From positions 46,182,951 through 46,239,436 of the forward strand of contig JBOZIK010000001.1 in the NCBI GenBank assembly GCA_051453625.1: a DNA stretch of 56,486 nucleotides, given 5' to 3'. Each line of letters begins with the position of its first letter. The first letter of the stretch is position 1. This document shows positions 53,628 to 56,486 of the stretch, in pieces. Origin of the DNA: Welwitschia mirabilis. Lineage: Eukaryota. Under the pieces are notes generated by a model. It had not been told where the DNA came from. It searched no databases and saw only the letters and a list, made by a program, of their open reading frames with translations. Made by a program: the position numbers and the translations under genes.

Positions 53628-54985
53628 TGATAGGATTGAGAACCCTAGAGGAGAAGGGGTGAATAGGTTCTTTAAAAAACTTATGTACAAATCTGAAATA
53701 ATTTTATCTAAATGATAGCTTTCATATGAAAATAACTAAATCAAGAATGTGCATGTGATAATGAAAAACTAAAAGTAAAGAATCATAGAATAAAATGCAC
53801 AAGCTGCCAAATTCGATGCATGCTAGATTTATAGTGTTTCGGGAGCTCCCCTACTCCACTCTTGATGATCAGCTTCTTCCAAGCTTGATTTTGGATTTCT
53901 ATTACTCTACAGGTTTTGCCAGGTTTACCTGTAATCCTTACAAGTGGACTTTTATAGGCTAAGTCTCAACCTTAACAATAGACTTTCATAGGCTAAGTAT
54001 CAACCTTTACAATGGACTTTTATAGGTTAAGTCTCAACCTTCACAACAGACTTTTGCAGGCTAAGTTTTAACCTCTAGAAATCATGAATGTGATGTAATG
54101 ATGCCTTGATCACTCAGGTATCACATGTTCTATAGCAGTATAATGAATGGAGATCTACTCCAATATCTCACAATGATGAAGCTCTTAGATCTAATTTTGA
54201 ATGAAGCTCTTATACCAATGATTAATCTCCTAAATTAGATGTGAATCAATACAATGATATATCATTAAAAATACAGCCTGATCTTTTAGATATCCAATAA
54301 TTATGCTAAATAAGAACAGTGCCAAAAGATCTCTAAGTCAACAATATCATAGCTATTTATAATGGAGGACTAATAGGATTTGTTATAAATGAATTACACT
54401 TCCAATGGCTGTAAACAGCTAGAAAATGTCAAGGTAATGGCTAGGAAACAGATACATAAGATTTAGAAATTTTACTTTTTCACACCATTTGATTGAACCC
54501 ATGTGAGCTCGAACGACCTCATCTTGGGTCTAGTCAACCCCTTACTTCTCAGTCTAGAACTATTGCCTGTCAACTTCTTAGGTCCAATTGACCTCATTAA
54601 AATCTAGTCAAACCCTTTCCTCTTAGTCTAGGACTAGTGCCTATCAGTTTCTCTAGTCTAGTCAATCCCATAAAGATTTGGTTGATCCCTTTCCATTCAG
54701 TTTAGGAATACTAGCTTCAGAGTTATAGGTTTAGTTGACTCCATTAGAATCTGGTTGACCCTCTAGGTTTAGTCCATTTTTCTTGTGATAGCTTCAAGTG
54801 CGATTAATCCCTTTAGAATCTAGTTGACCTCCACTAGAGGTTAACATAACTCAATAGGTTTCTAGTGTATTTTTAATCTAATTCTTTTACCTGCAAAACT
54901 CAATCTCATCTACACACAAGATATAACATTTTTTTAGTACGCAAGAGAAATTAGTTTAACATTAATTAAGAAATATAATCTAACA
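53628..54985 (-). repeat. 5' LTR of G
   Basis: TG...CA termini. Contains a 34-bp tandem array (4 copies at about 53938-54073) and GTCGAC-derived motifs. Confidence 0.87.
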
Positions 54986-56486
54986 CCATCTATTTTAGTG
55001 TATTGTATTTATGAAAATATTTGTAATTAATATGATTTGACTAAGTACATAAATGATTACATAAATTTAAAATATAACATCTTGGCACTGTTGCTAAGGA
55101 AGGCCATAAGAAGTTTGAGGATTGTCCTTACCTAAGTAAGTGATTTCATTTTATTTCGAGTTTTTTTTATGGTGATATTGTATTCTTATAGTATAATTGT
55201 AGGTATTTCATTTCATGTTTTCCATTTTTTAATCTACAAATAATGCCTTATCATCTTCCTTGTTGTTCAGATGACACATAATAGATGACAACTCATAAAT
55301 TTAGGGTTCATTTCTCTATAAGAACTAGGATTTTTCCTATCATCATATTTATCATCTAGATGACTTAGTTGGATGATTAACAATTATCTTTTAGTTATTT
55401 TTATAAACTATTTTGCAATTTTTTTTAATTTTTGGATTTTTGATGTATGATAATTTTCATATGTATTATTTATATGACTAGCAAAATGATGCTTAAAAAA
55501 ATACTACTAAGCATGTTAAGACATAGTAAATTAAGGTTTAAAAAATAAAGTATTAGAAATAATAAATGCTAAATAAAGATAATATTAGAGAAGGCTTAGT
55601 CAACTTTGAGTTAAATCTAGATATGAATAGCCTAGGTACACAAGAAATTTCAAGAATTGAGCAAGAATACGTTTTTGCATTTACTACTGCAAAATTTCAT
55701 TTTTTTCAAAGAAAAGTTTGCAAAAGAAAATTTGGAAAAAGAAAATTTTATTACAATTTTGAATGCAGAGCAAAAGCAAAAATAGCTTTTCTCTTTCCAA
55801 ATACCTATCATGATAAAAACCTCTATTGCATTCATAAATATAAATCCCAATCTCATACTAAAAGATTTAATTGCAAATAAGAAATATCAGATCTAAAATC
55901 CTTTTAACCTATCTCTTGATGATGATGTCAAATTAAAAAGCTTAAGTGCATATTCTATATTTTCTATAAAACATGAGAAAGATCCTTTCTAACATCTAGC
56001 CAACATAAAATAATTAATGCTCACTTTTAAAAATAATAAAATGTAAAGTATTAAACATACTTATATGATTTTTTTTTTCCCATTGTGCTTAAAGGTAAAG
56101 AAAAATTATGGTTAATAACAATTCCTTATAAAATCTTAAAAACATGAAACCAAGTACATAAAAGCATTTATTAAGTAATTCATGAGTGAGAGTACAATTA
56201 GGAAGAGAATAATGAAAGTGATAAATTTTCAACAATAACCTAATGAAGATTATGCCTTAGCCTCTGAATGATTTTTTATTGTAATACATTCTAATCTTAG
56301 TGATTAATTTTCTCAAAAAGAACTGATAGATTATTTTAATTCTAGGTTAAACAGTCACACTAAACAACTTGTAGATTTTTTATGTGGAGGCAACTTGATG
56401 AACTTAATGTTAGAAAATGCATGGAAGTATTTGGAAGAATTAGTGGAAATTAATCAAACTTGACCTAAATCTACATCTTAAAAAAT
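54986..56486 (+). mobile_element. Athila-like Gypsy element H: LTR tail (to 55079), PBS 55083-55100, gag running off the window
   Basis: PBS TGGCACTGTTGCTAAGGA. Gag remnants KDPF*HLA, FFPIVLKGKEKLWL, NAWKYLEELVEINQ. Confidence 0.78.

Larger units (their letters stand above)
47677..54985 (-). mobile_element. SIRE/Sirevirus-like Ty1/Copia element G, non-autonomous (gag-PR, no INT/RT/RH, env-like ORF)
   Basis: LTRs at 47677-49215 and 53628-54985 (TGATAGGAT...ATCTAA(C/T)A), degenerate iMet PBS, several AGGGGGAGA-type PPTs, GTCGAC palindrome motifs. No TSD (GTTAC vs CCATC). Confidence 0.87.

Overview
Very AT-rich, CpG-depleted plant intergenic DNA with no host genes, RNA genes or CRISPR arrays that I can support. 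Almost all of it is a nest of decayed LTR retrotransposons. The inferred nesting is: Athila-like Gypsy C (+) contains Gypsy B (+, gag-protease only, 4549-20464), which contains SIRE-like Copia A (-, 10760-19176). Further right, C is interrupted by Gypsy D (-), D by Gypsy E (+), E by Gypsy F (-, full PR-RT-RH-INT plus a ~2.6 kb extra 3' ORF), and F by SIRE-like Copia G (-, 47677-54985). A separate Gypsy H (+) begins after G. An ~8.7 kb block is tandemly duplicated (19506-28926 / 28927-37597) at a 4-bp microhomology. All coding regions are pseudogenised. The most notable signals are: two Copia elements that keep gag plus an env-like ORF but lack INT/RT/RH; an apparently shared extra-ORF domain in Copia A, Copia G and Gypsy F; discordant flanks of G; and an 8-bp duplication flanking a 710-N gap. 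Coordinates and alignments were read by eye and may be off by a few bases.
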